Assembly: GCF_031277615.1 (NCBI RefSeq)
Contig: NZ_JAITMC010000038.1
Length of the DNA: 64,000 nt
Source of the DNA: Chryseobacterium sp.
Lineage (GTDB): Bacteria; Bacteroidota; Bacteroidia; Flavobacteriales; Weeksellaceae
Strand: one strand, 5' to 3'
The stretch's first letter is position 1; the number at the start of each line of letters is the position of its first letter. The notes beneath the pieces are model-generated. The model did not search any database. It saw nothing but the letters and a program-made list of their open reading frames with translations, and was not told where the DNA came from. Made by a program: the position numbers and the translations under genes. Shown in pieces: positions 19,099-28,598 of this stretch.

Positions 19099-21222
19099 TT
19101 ATTTAAAGATCTTCTGGATTACATTTCCTATTTCCACAAAGTCACCATGGTTACCTACAGAACGTATTTCCGGACTGTTTTTATCAAATTCAGAAAACGG
19201 GAAGATCAGAAGATAGTTATTATCATGCAGGTTTCTGTTCAGGAGCTCCGGAATCAGACGCATCTGAGGAATGTATGACTGCATACCCCGCTTGGCCATG
19301 AACAGGATCAGTGCCTCGTCATCTTTCAGCTTGGCAGCGGTTCTTTCCCCGTCCTGCCAGGTGTTCATGATGATGAATTCTGCTTCAATATTAGCTTTTT
19401 TGATGATCTTATGCAGGATATCCAGAATATTTTCAGGAGCATAGAAAACGATAGTGGCTCCGGAATTTCTGGCGATATTCCAAACCCTCAGAAGCGCATG
19501 GAAAAATCCGGCTTCCTTATGGGCATTTTCAGGGATCATCACTGCGTATTTCTTAATCGTGGAAAGAGGCTGGGCAGCATGATAGACCAGCACATTTACA
19601 TCATCATTCTGAAGATAACCGTTGTACAGATTATAGACAAAAGAAGGGGAGAAGCCTTTTTCATCTTCCAGACCGATGATGAGATCGGTAATTTCCTGTT
19701 CTTTGATCACATTATTCACCCCGTTTATGACGTCATTATCATATCTTTTCAGTGTCTGCATTTTAACATCGGCTGCGGCTGCGGCATCAGCTGCCTGATG
19801 AAGCAGTTTCTCCGCATTTTTTACAGAGGATTCATTTTTATCCTCATTAATAACGTTCAGGGCAAAAAGGTCTTCCGTATTGGAGTGGGCTTTGATCAGG
19901 ATTCCCAGATTAACCATCCTTTCCACTGTTTTTTCATGATTAATGGCCAGCAGGATATTTTCTTCCTCATGGCTCGTTCCGGAAACAGTATCTTCATTAT
20001 CGGTTTCCGCAATTTTCTGAGCACTTGCCAGTGAAATAAAAGATGAAATGGTACATGAAATAAGGATCAGAAGGATGCTTCCGTTCAGGACGTGCTCATT
20101 TAATAGTCTTACGGGTTCTCCGGTTTCGGTTTCGGAAAGGATAATGTTATATCCTACCATTACGGATGCTAAGGTTGCCGCTGCTGAAGCAGAACTTAAT
20201 CCGAAGATCAGCTTGCCCTCTTCTTTGGAAAGCCTGAATGTTTTCTGGGTGGCTACCGCAGAAAGGTATTTTCCTCCGATGGATGCCACCAGCATAATGG
20301 CCGCTACTTCCAAAGTTTCCCAGCTTTTAAAGAATACTTTAAAGTCGATCAGCATTCCCACACTGATCAGGAAAAACGGAATAAAAATAGCGTTTCCGAC
20401 AAATTCTACCCGGTTCATCAGGGATGAGGTATGGGGGATAAGCCTGTTTAAAGCGAGTCCCGCAAAGAATGCTCCGATAATCGCCTCTACACCGGCAAGT
20501 TCCGCCAGCATGGCCGCCAGATAAATCATGACGAGAACAAAAATATACTGGGAGATCTTATCATCTACTTTTTTGAAGAACCACCGCCCGATAATCGGAA
20601 ATACAATCAGCACAATCAATGCGAAAACGATAAAAGAAACGGAAAGTTTCACCCAGAATTCCGTGCCTACATCTCCCTGGGACATTCCTACAATCACAGC
20701 AAGCACCAAAAGCGCAAGAATATCCGTAATCATAGTTCCTCCAACGGTAATATTAACGGCTTTGTTCTTGGCTATTCCCAGCTTGCTCACCAGCGGATAG
20801 GCAATGAGCGTATGGGATGAAAAAAGACTGGCAAAAAGGATAGAGGTAAGCATCGAGAAATGGAGAATATAATATCCTCCCAGATACCCAAGAACAAAAG
20901 GAACCGTAAAGGTATAGATTCCGAAAGTGAGGCTTTTCCATTTGTTCTTTTTAAAATCACCCATATCAATCTCCAATCCTGCCAGGAACATGATATAAAG
21001 AAGACCTGTTGTTCCTGTAACAACAATACTGCTGTCCCTTGAAAGCACATTGAAGCCGTTCGGGCCAATGACAGCCCCGGCAATGATAAGCCCCAGAAGA
21101 TGGGGAACTTTAATTTTATTCAATAGCAGAGGAGCGGCCAGAATAATGATCAGTACCAACAAAAATTTTAATACCGGATCTTCTATAGGAAAACTCAGAT
21201 TGTGTATACTCAGTAAAATCAT
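19099..21222 (-). CDS. Cation:proton antiporter (CPA2/KefB-like) with C-terminal USP-like domains
   Basis: About 12 TM segments, GLLYIMFLAGLEIDM, GAFFAGL, FIPFFLISVGM; soluble C-terminal half. Confidence 0.92.
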   Translation of the reverse strand: MILLSIHNLSFPIEDPVLKFLLVLIIILAAPLLLNKIKVPHLLGLIIAGAVIGPNGFNVLSRDSSIVVTGTTGLLYIMFLAGLEIDMGDFKKNKWKSLTFGIYTFTVPFVLGYLGGYYILHFSMLTSILFASLFSSHTLIAYPLVSKLGIAKNKAVNITVGGTMITDILALLVLAVIVGMSQGDVGTEFWVKLSVSFIVFALIVLIVFPIIGRWFFKKVDDKISQYIFVLVMIYLAAMLAELAGVEAIIGAFFAGLALNRLIPHTSSLMNRVEFVGNAIFIPFFLISVGMLIDFKVFFKSWETLEVAAIMLVASIGGKYLSAVATQKTFRLSKEEGKLIFGLSSASAAATLASVMVGYNIILSETETGEPVRLLNEHVLNGSILLILISCTISSFISLASAQKIAETDNEDTVSGTSHEEENILLAINHEKTVERMVNLGILIKAHSNTEDLFALNVINEDKNESSVKNAEKLLHQAADAAAAADVKMQTLKRYDNDVINGVNNVIKEQEITDLIIGLEDEKGFSPSFVYNLYNGYLQNDDVNVLVYHAAQPLSTIKKYAVMIPENAHKEAGFFHALLRVWNIARNSGATIVFYAPENILDILHKIIKKANIEAEFIIMNTWQDGERTAAKLKDDEALILFMAKRGMQSYIPQMRLIPELLNRNLHDNNYLLIFPFSEFDKNSPEIRSVGNHGDFVEIGNVIQKIFK

Positions 21223-21231
21223 AGGTGTTTT

Positions 21232-21804
21232 TTATTTGGTGGAACGTACTAACTCTACGGAGAACTTAGCCGTACAGCCGTTGTCAGAAATAACGGTTCT
21301 TGTTCCTTTGATCTTATTGTCGGAAATATCATTAAGAACAACGTTCATTTCCACATTTTTTTTAGCCGTAGAATCGGTTTTGAAGTTGAGACGGATCTCA
21401 TTGTTTTCAAATTTCCCGGAATACAGTCTGACCAGATTGTTATTGTTGATGATCTTGGTAACCGGCTGGGTTGGATCGTTATCAAATTCCCAGAGGTCTG
21501 TACGCTGATCACCCACAACATAATCGCTGCAGTTGGACTCTGTACAGATCACTTTCCCGCTCCACGGTCCTGATATTTCTGCCGGCCATACCGCTACTTT
21601 TATTTCGGCAGAATCTTTTTCGGAGAAAATACTGTCTCTCATTTTCAGAAGCGACTGGTACTCCGATTCTTTTTGGGCGAATAATTTTTCTTTTTCAAGC
21701 AATTGTTTTTCTCGTTCCATAAGATTTTTTTCCTTCTCCTTATAATCACAGCTGATCAGAAGAAAGGAAGCGGCGATGAGTAAAAAAAATGTGTTTTTAA
21801 GCAT
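21232..21804 (-). CDS. Hypothetical lipoprotein with coiled coil
   Basis: LISC lipobox and E/K-rich heptad segment. Confidence 0.75.
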   Translation of the reverse strand: MLKNTFFLLIAASFLLISCDYKEKEKNLMEREKQLLEKEKLFAQKESEYQSLLKMRDSIFSEKDSAEIKVAVWPAEISGPWSGKVICTESNCSDYVVGDQRTDLWEFDNDPTQPVTKIINNNNLVRLYSGKFENNEIRLNFKTDSTAKKNVEMNVVLNDISDNKIKGTRTVISDNGCTAKFSVELVRSTK

Positions 21805-21993
21805 AAAGTGTAGATTGTAGTATACAATATAAGAAAAAATATAAAAACAGGAAAATATCGTGCCAGAAAAGCCTATTGCTATTCTGCCGGATCTTCCTGC
21901 TCTAGGTTGACGTTTTTTTTAATAAAATTTATGTGAGAGACACACTCCAAATAATTATGACCGGAGTCGTCTACGTGATTACATGTTGTGCTG

Positions 21994-22623
21994 TTAATTC
22001 GGATTGAACTGAATATTAAAATACTTTAAATAATCCTCTATTGGTTCCAATCCCATTTCTTTTCTTCTTTCGTTTACAGTTTCAGGATTTTCTAATGTAT
22101 ACAATTTACCATTTTCTATTTGCGAACCATATATTTGGGGTTTTCCTTCGTCCATTAACATCCTATCTTTCATCAATGCATATTGCTGTTTAGATAAGTC
22201 TCCATTTTTTACCGCTTTCTCTATTTGTGGAAAATACTTTTTTCTGATTTCTTTAGTACTATGTTGCAGACCCAACCAGATTGCATCCATGTGTTTTTGA
22301 TCCACCTCCTTTAATGTCGGCATACCACACTTTTCAATAATACTAATCACTAATTCCTGATTCCTGTGATCTTCTTTAGCGTATTTGATGAGTTCATTTG
22401 ATTTTCTAATCCTTTGGTCACTTTCTAAAACTTCGCTCAAGATTTGACGTTTTTTGCTGCAATCGACTTCAATAATATCTACTGAACCTACATAGACAAA
22501 TTTATCCCTATTCATATAAAGGAATATTGATATCATTAAAACAAGAGCGGTTAATATGCTAAATAATATTTTTTTTATTTTCATTTCTATTTTTGTGTCA
22601 TATTCCAAAAATAGATTGACCAT
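21994..22623 (-). CDS. DUF6624-like exported protein, AT-rich; probable start near 22584 (MKIKK)
   Basis: DQRIR, WLGLQHS, YALMKDRMLM...KPQIYGSQ, VNERRKEMGL motifs. Confidence 0.75.
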   Translation of the reverse strand: MVNLFLEYDTKIEMKIKKILFSILTALVLMISIFLYMNRDKFVYVGSVDIIEVDCSKKRQILSEVLESDQRIRKSNELIKYAKEDHRNQELVISIIEKCGMPTLKEVDQKHMDAIWLGLQHSTKEIRKKYFPQIEKAVKNGDLSKQQYALMKDRMLMDEGKPQIYGSQIENGKLYTLENPETVNERRKEMGLEPIEDYLKYFNIQFNPN

Positions 22624-22854
22624 TTTTGGTTAAAAATTAATTGTAAAAATAGGAATTATTTTTAAGTGTCAGGGAACAAAGGATAGGTCAATAGTTGATT
22701 TGTCGAAGTGTATGGATAAGTATACGATTTCATCAGTGACGAAGTCGTTTCACTTTACCCGCTTAAAATAAAACACAATCATTCATCACTTTTGCGGTTA
22801 ATCTTTTTAATCAAAAATTCCTGATTAAAATGTAGACAGACTCTTATCAATTAA

Positions 22855-23775
22855 TTAGTTTTTTACAGATTGAGGAGATTTATCCTTTTTAAACATTTCC
22901 GGTTTATAATTGATGATGAAAACCCCGCAGATAATTAAAGCCGCCGCAAGAATAAATTTAGCCGAAATCTGCTCGTCCATGATAAGCCATCCGAGGAATA
23001 TAGCAATAATGGTATTGATATAAGCCAATATGGAAACCTGTACCGGGGAAATTTTGGTTAATGCATAATGAAATGCAAAAAAGGCAGCTACAGAGCCAAA
23101 AACAGCGAGATAAAGCATGGCAGAAATACTTTTTAAGGTCCAGTTTCCGAAATTGTAATTTTCTGAAAAAAGAAAAGCAAAGAGAATCTGAACAATTCCT
23201 GCAAACAAGAACTGATAGAACAGGTTGAGGGTGATATTTCCGCTCTGAATATTTAATTTTTTGGTGAATATAGTGCCTGATGCCCATCCTGAAATGGCAC
23301 AGAAAAGAAAGATCATTCCCATCCTGTAATCGGGATTGGCGAGATCCTGTATACCATCCCAGAAGATAAAAAGAATGCCGCTGAAACACATGAGTACTCC
23401 GGCAAGAGCCCGGAGACTGAATTTCTGCAGTCCTACAGCTACGCTTCCCAAAAAAACGAGAATAGGAGAGCAGGCACTGATGAGTGATGCCAGGCTGCTG
23501 GATACGGTTTCTTCAGCTACAGTCGTCATTCCGTTGGCTACAACAAGCATCAGCAGTGAAAATATAACCTGATAACGAAGGCTTTTCCAGCCTATCCATT
23601 TGAATTGGTTTTTAGAAAGAAGTACAAAAAACATGATGACAGCCGCCAGAAACTGACGGATTCCGGCTACAAACCAGGCCGGGATGGTTTCTACCGCTAC
23701 ACGGATTGCCAAAAATGTAGTTCCCCAGACAAGGGCAACGGTAAGGACTGCAAAAATGAGTTTATAATCTTTCAA
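22855..23775 (-). CDS. EamA/DMT-family transporter; probable TTG start at 23775 (ORF track starts at 23799)
   Basis: VWGTTFLAIR, YLAVFGSVAAF, AYINTIIAIFLGW; about 10 TM segments. Confidence 0.9.
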   Translation of the reverse strand: MKDYKLIFAVLTVALVWGTTFLAIRVAVETIPAWFVAGIRQFLAAVIMFFVLLSKNQFKWIGWKSLRYQVIFSLLMLVVANGMTTVAEETVSSSLASLISACSPILVFLGSVAVGLQKFSLRALAGVLMCFSGILFIFWDGIQDLANPDYRMGMIFLFCAISGWASGTIFTKKLNIQSGNITLNLFYQFLFAGIVQILFAFLFSENYNFGNWTLKSISAMLYLAVFGSVAAFFAFHYALTKISPVQVSILAYINTIIAIFLGWLIMDEQISAKFILAAALIICGVFIINYKPEMFKKDKSPQSVKN

Positions 23776-24097
23776 GGCAGGTGAAAATATAACAAACAAA
23801 TGTATTGGTTTTAAAATAAACAGAACGGGTACAGTTAAGGCGTTTTTTAATGATACAGATGAGGTGTTGATGTTTAATCTCAGGTTGTGAACGGAAAGAG
23901 GGGGATTTGTTGAGCGAATGGACTGGGATCTTCAGATTAGGATGATGTGAGATGTTTTTTAGTGGAAAGTTGTTAGGTTTTCAATTAAGCCATCAGATTT
24001 TAGGGAAAAGCGATTAATTCTGATAATTTAAATCTGAACGGCTGTGATATTTTCAGCAACCGCTTAAAATTCTTTATCTTTGGGGATCTAATAAAAA

Positions 24098-24607
24098 TTG
24101 AAGATGGTAGGAATTATTATGGGCAGCCAGAGCGATCTGCCGATCATGGAACAGGCTGCAAATTTTTTGAAAAGTCTGGATATTCCCTATGAATTAACGG
24201 TAGTTTCTGCGCACAGAACACCTGAAAGAATGTTCGATTATGCAAAAACAGCTAAAGAAAGAGGGCTGAAGGTGATTGTTGCCGGAGCGGGAGGAGCCGC
24301 GCATCTTCCGGGAATGGTAGCAAGCTGTACAACACTTCCGGTGATCGGGGTACCGATTTTATCGAGTAATTCTATTGACGGATGGGATTCTGTCCTATCT
24401 ATCCTTCAGATGCCGGGCGGAATTCCGGTAGCGACAGTGGCTTTGAACGGAGCACTGAATGCAGGGATTTTAGCAGCGAAGATTTTGGGAAGTGCCGATG
24501 TTCAGGTAGCTGAAAACCTTCAGAAATACCAGGATTCCCTGAAAGATAAGGTACTGGGAACGGTGGATGACATCAAAGCAAAACATCCCAATCATTTTGA
24601 TCAGTAA
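24098..24607 (+). CDS. purE: N5-CAIR mutase (start TTG 24098 or ATG 24104)
   Basis: IMGSQSD, SAHRTP, GAGGAAHLPGM, LSILQMPGGIPVATV; TATCTTTG -7 element at 24075-24082. Confidence 0.98.
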   Translation: MKMVGIIMGSQSDLPIMEQAANFLKSLDIPYELTVVSAHRTPERMFDYAKTAKERGLKVIVAGAGGAAHLPGMVASCTTLPVIGVPILSSNSIDGWDSVLSILQMPGGIPVATVALNGALNAGILAAKILGSADVQVAENLQKYQDSLKDKVLGTVDDIKAKHPNHFDQ

Positions 24608-24627
24608 CAGAACTACATATTTATTGT

Positions 24628-24660
24628 AAAAGCCTCACTTTTCAGCGAGGCTTTTGTTTT
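24628..24660. terminator. Bidirectional terminator between purE and the BspA-like gene
   Basis: AAAGCCTC-ACTTTTCAGC-GAGGCTTT. Confidence 0.7.
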
Positions 24661-26344
24661 ATTGTTTGGTGAACTTCAGGTTCTGAATATTTTCTTTTGT
24701 ACGAAGTTGTAAAAGGTAATTCCCGGGAGTAAGAGATTGGATATTAATGTGTTGATCCGTTAGGGAGCCCTTTGAAACAACTCTTCCGGACAGATCGTAG
24801 ATCGTATAACTTTCTGTATGAGGTATTCTGATATAAATGATATCTCTGGCAGGATTGGGGTAGAGTGGTTTTTTCTGATTCATTTTGAGGTCTGAGGTGC
24901 TTAGTTTAGGGGAACATTCTCCGTCGTAAGTATCACCTGAAATGATCCAGCTTTTGTTGCTCATTAAAAAATTTCTTGCACTTACGGCATTGGTTCCCGA
25001 ATACACCAGTGGAGAAACCGATGACAGATCAATATTGGAAGCAACCAATGGATTCTGGCTCCAGCCGAAAAGGGTCTCATCATAATTCTGGCAGGTAATG
25101 GCTGTATTTCTAAGCATATTGGCCGCAAACTGAAGGGAGTTAAGTTCCCATTCTCCCAGGCTTTGATTAAAATCTGTGGCATTATCGAACATGCTCGTCA
25201 TATTTTTAACTGATTTTACGTCCCATTTTCCCACATTCTGATTGAATATTTTAGCATTGTTAAACATATTCTGCATTCGTTCTACCTTGGATACGTTCCA
25301 GTTTGTGATATCACTGTTGAATTTTTCTGCGGAAAAAAACATTCCGTCCATATATTTTACATTGCCTGTATCCCAATTGCTGATATTCTGATTAAAAGCT
25401 TTGGCATTAAAAAACATAAAATTCATTTCAACGATCTGCGAGGTATTCCAGCTTCCGATGGGCTGGTTAAACTGTGCTGCATTGGCAAACATAAGCTCAG
25501 CATCTGTATTTTTAGACATATCCCAGTTTCCGACAGGCTGATTGAAAGTTTGGGCATTCTGAAACATGGCGGTCGTGGTAACTACTTTGGAGGTATTCCA
25601 GTTTCCGATTGGCTGATTAAATTTCATGGCCAGCATAAACATCACCTCCATCATGGTAACATTGGAAGTATCCCAGCCTCCGATAGGCTGATTAAAGAGA
25701 AAGCAACCTGAAAAAGTTCCTACCAGACTCGTTATATGAGAAATATCCCAGTTATTGATGGTTGGGTTTCCTGTCAGGTTAAAACAGTTGGCGAACATAT
25801 AAGACATATTGGTGGCATTGGAAAGATCCGGAATATCAGTAGCGGTTACGTCTAAAGCCCTACATTCATAAAATGCTCCTGCCATGCTGGACCAGCTGAT
25901 ATTTCCCCATTGTTCAACCTTCAGTATTTTGAAGTTATCTCCCAGAATGGTAATGCCGGGAGGGACGTCAGCATTTGAAAATGCGATCCGTTGAAAATTT
26001 CCGTTGCCGTTACTTACTTTGATGCGGTAGGTAGCCTGAGCAGGCTCTGGGTTCAAAGGGGTTCCAAAATCTATCAGGATCTGATATTGAGAAGTTACAT
26101 TCGTTAACGTTGCATGATGGGAAGGGTAGCCTATTTCTTCCCAATAGATGGTATAATCGGTTCCTGTTCCCGGAAACCAGATCTGGGTATTGCCTGAGCT
26201 GCCCGGAGTTCCCTGGCCGGCAGACGGAAGACTCGGGTTCCAGACGGTAATAAATTCATTCTGAGCTTTGGTCAGTTGAAATAACAGAATAAAAAGAATG
26301 GCAGCTAGTAAATTTTTTTTGTACATAATATTTTGTAAAATCAA
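24659..26344 (-). CDS. BspA/DUF285-type leucine-rich-repeat surface protein with T9SS C-terminal domain
   Basis: About eight 25-aa repeats WDTSNVTxMxxMF...FNQPIGxW; C-terminal LYPNPARD...YTIYDLSGR...PGNYLLQL...KFTKQ. Confidence 0.92.
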   Translation of the reverse strand: MILQNIMYKKNLLAAILFILLFQLTKAQNEFITVWNPSLPSAGQGTPGSSGNTQIWFPGTGTDYTIYWEEIGYPSHHATLTNVTSQYQILIDFGTPLNPEPAQATYRIKVSNGNGNFQRIAFSNADVPPGITILGDNFKILKVEQWGNISWSSMAGAFYECRALDVTATDIPDLSNATNMSYMFANCFNLTGNPTINNWDISHITSLVGTFSGCFLFNQPIGGWDTSNVTMMEVMFMLAMKFNQPIGNWNTSKVVTTTAMFQNAQTFNQPVGNWDMSKNTDAELMFANAAQFNQPIGSWNTSQIVEMNFMFFNAKAFNQNISNWDTGNVKYMDGMFFSAEKFNSDITNWNVSKVERMQNMFNNAKIFNQNVGKWDVKSVKNMTSMFDNATDFNQSLGEWELNSLQFAANMLRNTAITCQNYDETLFGWSQNPLVASNIDLSSVSPLVYSGTNAVSARNFLMSNKSWIISGDTYDGECSPKLSTSDLKMNQKKPLYPNPARDIIYIRIPHTESYTIYDLSGRVVSKGSLTDQHINIQSLTPGNYLLQLRTKENIQNLKFTKQ

Positions 26345-26448
26345 TATAATTAAATACTGTAAATAATCTTTTTAATGCTGATCTGTGTGTTTTTAGGATG
26401 AAAAGTAATTAAAAAAAGCCGCTTCATCCAGTGATAAAGCGGGAACTT

Positions 26449-26811
26449 TTATTTTTTGGTGAATCTGAAGGTTCTTGTTTCATTAGGATTGGTAACAGAG
26501 ACACTGTATTTTCCCGAAGGAAGCCCGCGTACATTGATATAGCTTTTGGTGAAGCTGTTTTCTGCGATGGTTTTACCTTCGGAATCCTGTATGGTATATT
26601 TCTTCAATCCCGGCATATTCTTGATGAAGATAAGGTCCCGCGCATATTTCTGGGATGTACTTTTTTTCTTTTGCCTTGTTTCAAAAGTGGAGACATTGTT
26701 ATCATGGGACCGGTTTTCTGAAAGTTCTGAAATCCGGGTGATTCTGTCTTTTGCATTAGCCGGCTGGGAAGCGGCCAAACACAGTACAAGCATAAAAAAT
26801 GTTTTTTTCAT
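26449..26811 (-). CDS. Small secreted protein consisting almost only of a T9SS CTD-like domain
   Basis: Signal peptide, about 30 polar residues, then ARDLIFI...YTIQDSEGK...INVRGLPSGKYSVSV...FRFTKK. Confidence 0.75.
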   Translation of the reverse strand: MKKTFFMLVLCLAASQPANAKDRITRISELSENRSHDNNVSTFETRQKKKSTSQKYARDLIFIKNMPGLKKYTIQDSEGKTIAENSFTKSYINVRGLPSGKYSVSVTNPNETRTFRFTKK

Positions 26812-27112
26812 AAGGTGGTATTTGAGGTTAATGAATAAAAAAACAGTAGTCTGATGCTGGGTCAGACAGCTGCATTATTTCAATAAACTTAAGTAACCAG
26901 GTCTTTTGATTCCGGGGGGATCTGAAAAAAAGGAAAGGTTAAAAGTTTTTTTTAAGGCTGTTAGGCTCTTACGGCTAAAGGTAGTAAAAATATATAAATA
27001 TCAAATGATTTTGCGGAAAAAATGATAGTTTTCATTAAGAGTCTGTTTAAATTTTATTTAAAAAAATGTGTACATGATTATCAGTCCTTGGGTTTCTCTT
27101 GAATTTGGGATT

Positions 27113-27194
27113 AAAAGAGTTTCCCACAGATTCCGCAGATTCCACGGATGTTTGTGGATATTTTTCTCGCGTAGATTTCACAGATGACGCTGAT
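27113..27194 (+). repeat. Partial family-A repeat
   Basis: AAAAGAGTTTCCCACAGATTCCGCAGATT...GTGGATATTTTTCTC. Confidence 0.8.
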
Positions 27195-27224
27195 GATACA
27201 GTATACTTATCCATATGCTTAGAC

Positions 27225-27274
27225 GAATCAACGAAGTTGATTCTATCCTTTGCTCCCTGAAATTAACAATATCA
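27225..27274. repeat. Family-B ~50-bp repeat, copy 2
   Basis: GAATCAAC-GAA-GTTGATTC palindrome plus a tail matching 17627-17676. Confidence 0.7.
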
Positions 27275-27405
27275 TTCATAAAACTCTGCGTGGTAAAAAA
27301 ATATCATCAGTACATCATCTTTGTTCCTGAAGAATATGATTGAGGTAAAGATTTGAATGTTCTACAGAAATTAAATTTAGAAATTTAAACAGGCTCTAAA
27401 AATAT

Positions 27406-27433
27406 AAAAACTCTTCAATTGTGAAGAGTTTTG
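27406..27433 (-). terminator. yiaA terminator
   Basis: AAACTCTTCA-ATTG-TGAAGAGTTT hairpin just past the stop codon. Confidence 0.7.
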
Positions 27434-27442
27434 TATTGAATA

Positions 27443-27835
27443 TTATTCCTGAAGCATATTGTCTCTGGTATTTTTCTGAACCGCAATGGCTCCAAAAAGG
27501 GCGAGAAGGAAAGCAAATGCATAAAACCCTTTTTCACTGGGAAGTATGGTGGCATTCCAAAGCCCGATAGCCAGCAGTACAATGGAGGACAGCGTGGCGA
27601 ACCAGCATATTCCGTAATAAATATCCGTTACCTGAATATTTTCTAATCTGTCGCGAACTGCTTTCTGAAGGGAAACTACCGCAAACAGTCCATATAGAAG
27701 GATGGTAAAATAATAGCCTTTTTCATTCAGCTGCATTTCTGCTCTTGCAAGACCAACGATATAGCCGATCATTCCTGCGCCCAATGCCACCCATGATGCT
27801 GCGACAAATGCATTCGATACTTTTTGTTTTTTCAT
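27443..27835 (-). CDS. yiaA: Inner membrane protein YiaA (two YiaAB repeats)
   Basis: QLNEKGYY, SLQKAVRD, LPSEKGFY, AVQKNTRD. Confidence 0.9.
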   Translation of the reverse strand: MKKQKVSNAFVAASWVALGAGMIGYIVGLARAEMQLNEKGYYFTILLYGLFAVVSLQKAVRDRLENIQVTDIYYGICWFATLSSIVLLAIGLWNATILPSEKGFYAFAFLLALFGAIAVQKNTRDNMLQE

Positions 27836-27909
27836 GATTAATATTTTTGTGGGCTAAATATATTCATTTTTTTATGAATTCCGGTAAAATCCGGATGAAA
27901 TACCGCAAT

Positions 27910-28300
27910 GGGAGTGTTGCTGTTTGTTGTATGGTGCGGGGCGTGTGGATGTTTGGGACGCATGTGATGTTTGGGACGGGCTGAAGCCCATCCCTATTGA
28001 ATAACCGGCTATGCTTTTACGGTTTGTCTTTTTTGTCCCCGATCGGGAAATGGGAATGTTGTCGTTTGTTGTATGGTGCGGGACGTGTGGATGTTTGGGA
28101 CGCATGTGATGTTTGGGACGGGCTGAAGCCCATCCCTATTGAATAACCGGCTATGCTTTTACGGTTTGTCTTTTTTGTACCCGATCGGGAAGTGGGAATG
28201 TTGTCGTTTGTATGGTGCGGGACGTGTAGATATGTGGAATGTGTGGGACGGGCTGAAGCCCATCCCTATTGAATAACCGGCTATGTTTTTACAGCTTGTC
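27910..28300. repeat. Tandem array of three 142-bp units, each with a REP-like hairpin (family C)
   Basis: Units start at 27910, 28052 and 28194. Each contains GGGACGGGC-TGAA-GCCCATCCC-TATTGAATAACCGGCTATG. Confidence 0.92.
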
Positions 28301-28433
28301 CTTTATTAAATGGCTCCAGGTTTATAGCTCAATCTGTTATATGCTTCATAGATCAATAACAAGGTATTGATATTTTGGGGCTCATTTTTATATTACCGAT
28401 TATTCATCATTCATTATTGATGGCTTATTCCTT

Positions 28434-28510
28434 AGCCCCGATAGCAGCGGTTACCCCACAGCAAGCCCGGTATCGGGTATGGAGCGAGGAGTAGGAGCGG
28501 ATAGCGGGAA
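28434..28510. other. GC-rich ~77-bp structured intergenic element
   Basis: 28441-28500 is 37/60 GC in an AT-rich spacer; GATAGC near both ends; internal CCCG-GTAT-CGGG hairpin. Confidence 0.45.
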
Positions 28511-28544
28511 ACAGCTTCTGAAAAACAAATTGAATAGAAAAAGT

Positions 28545-28576
28545 AAAAGACTTTCCAGAAATCTGAAAAGTCTTTT
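28545..28576 (-). terminator. ahcY terminator
   Basis: AAAAGACTTT-CCAGAAATCTG-AAAAGTCTTTT (extended imperfect hairpin). Confidence 0.7.
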
Positions 28577-28598
28577 GCTATAATAAGATTAAAAAATA

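Noticed and set aside
21960-21995. attC-like cassette end (GCACAAC on the minus strand) after the DUF6624-like gene
   Set aside because: Only a 7-nt resemblance; no matching core site, extended palindrome, cassette array or integrase
27910-28300. CRISPR array interpretation of the 142-bp repeats
   Set aside because: The sequence between hairpins is nearly identical from unit to unit (no unique spacers), and no cas genes are present
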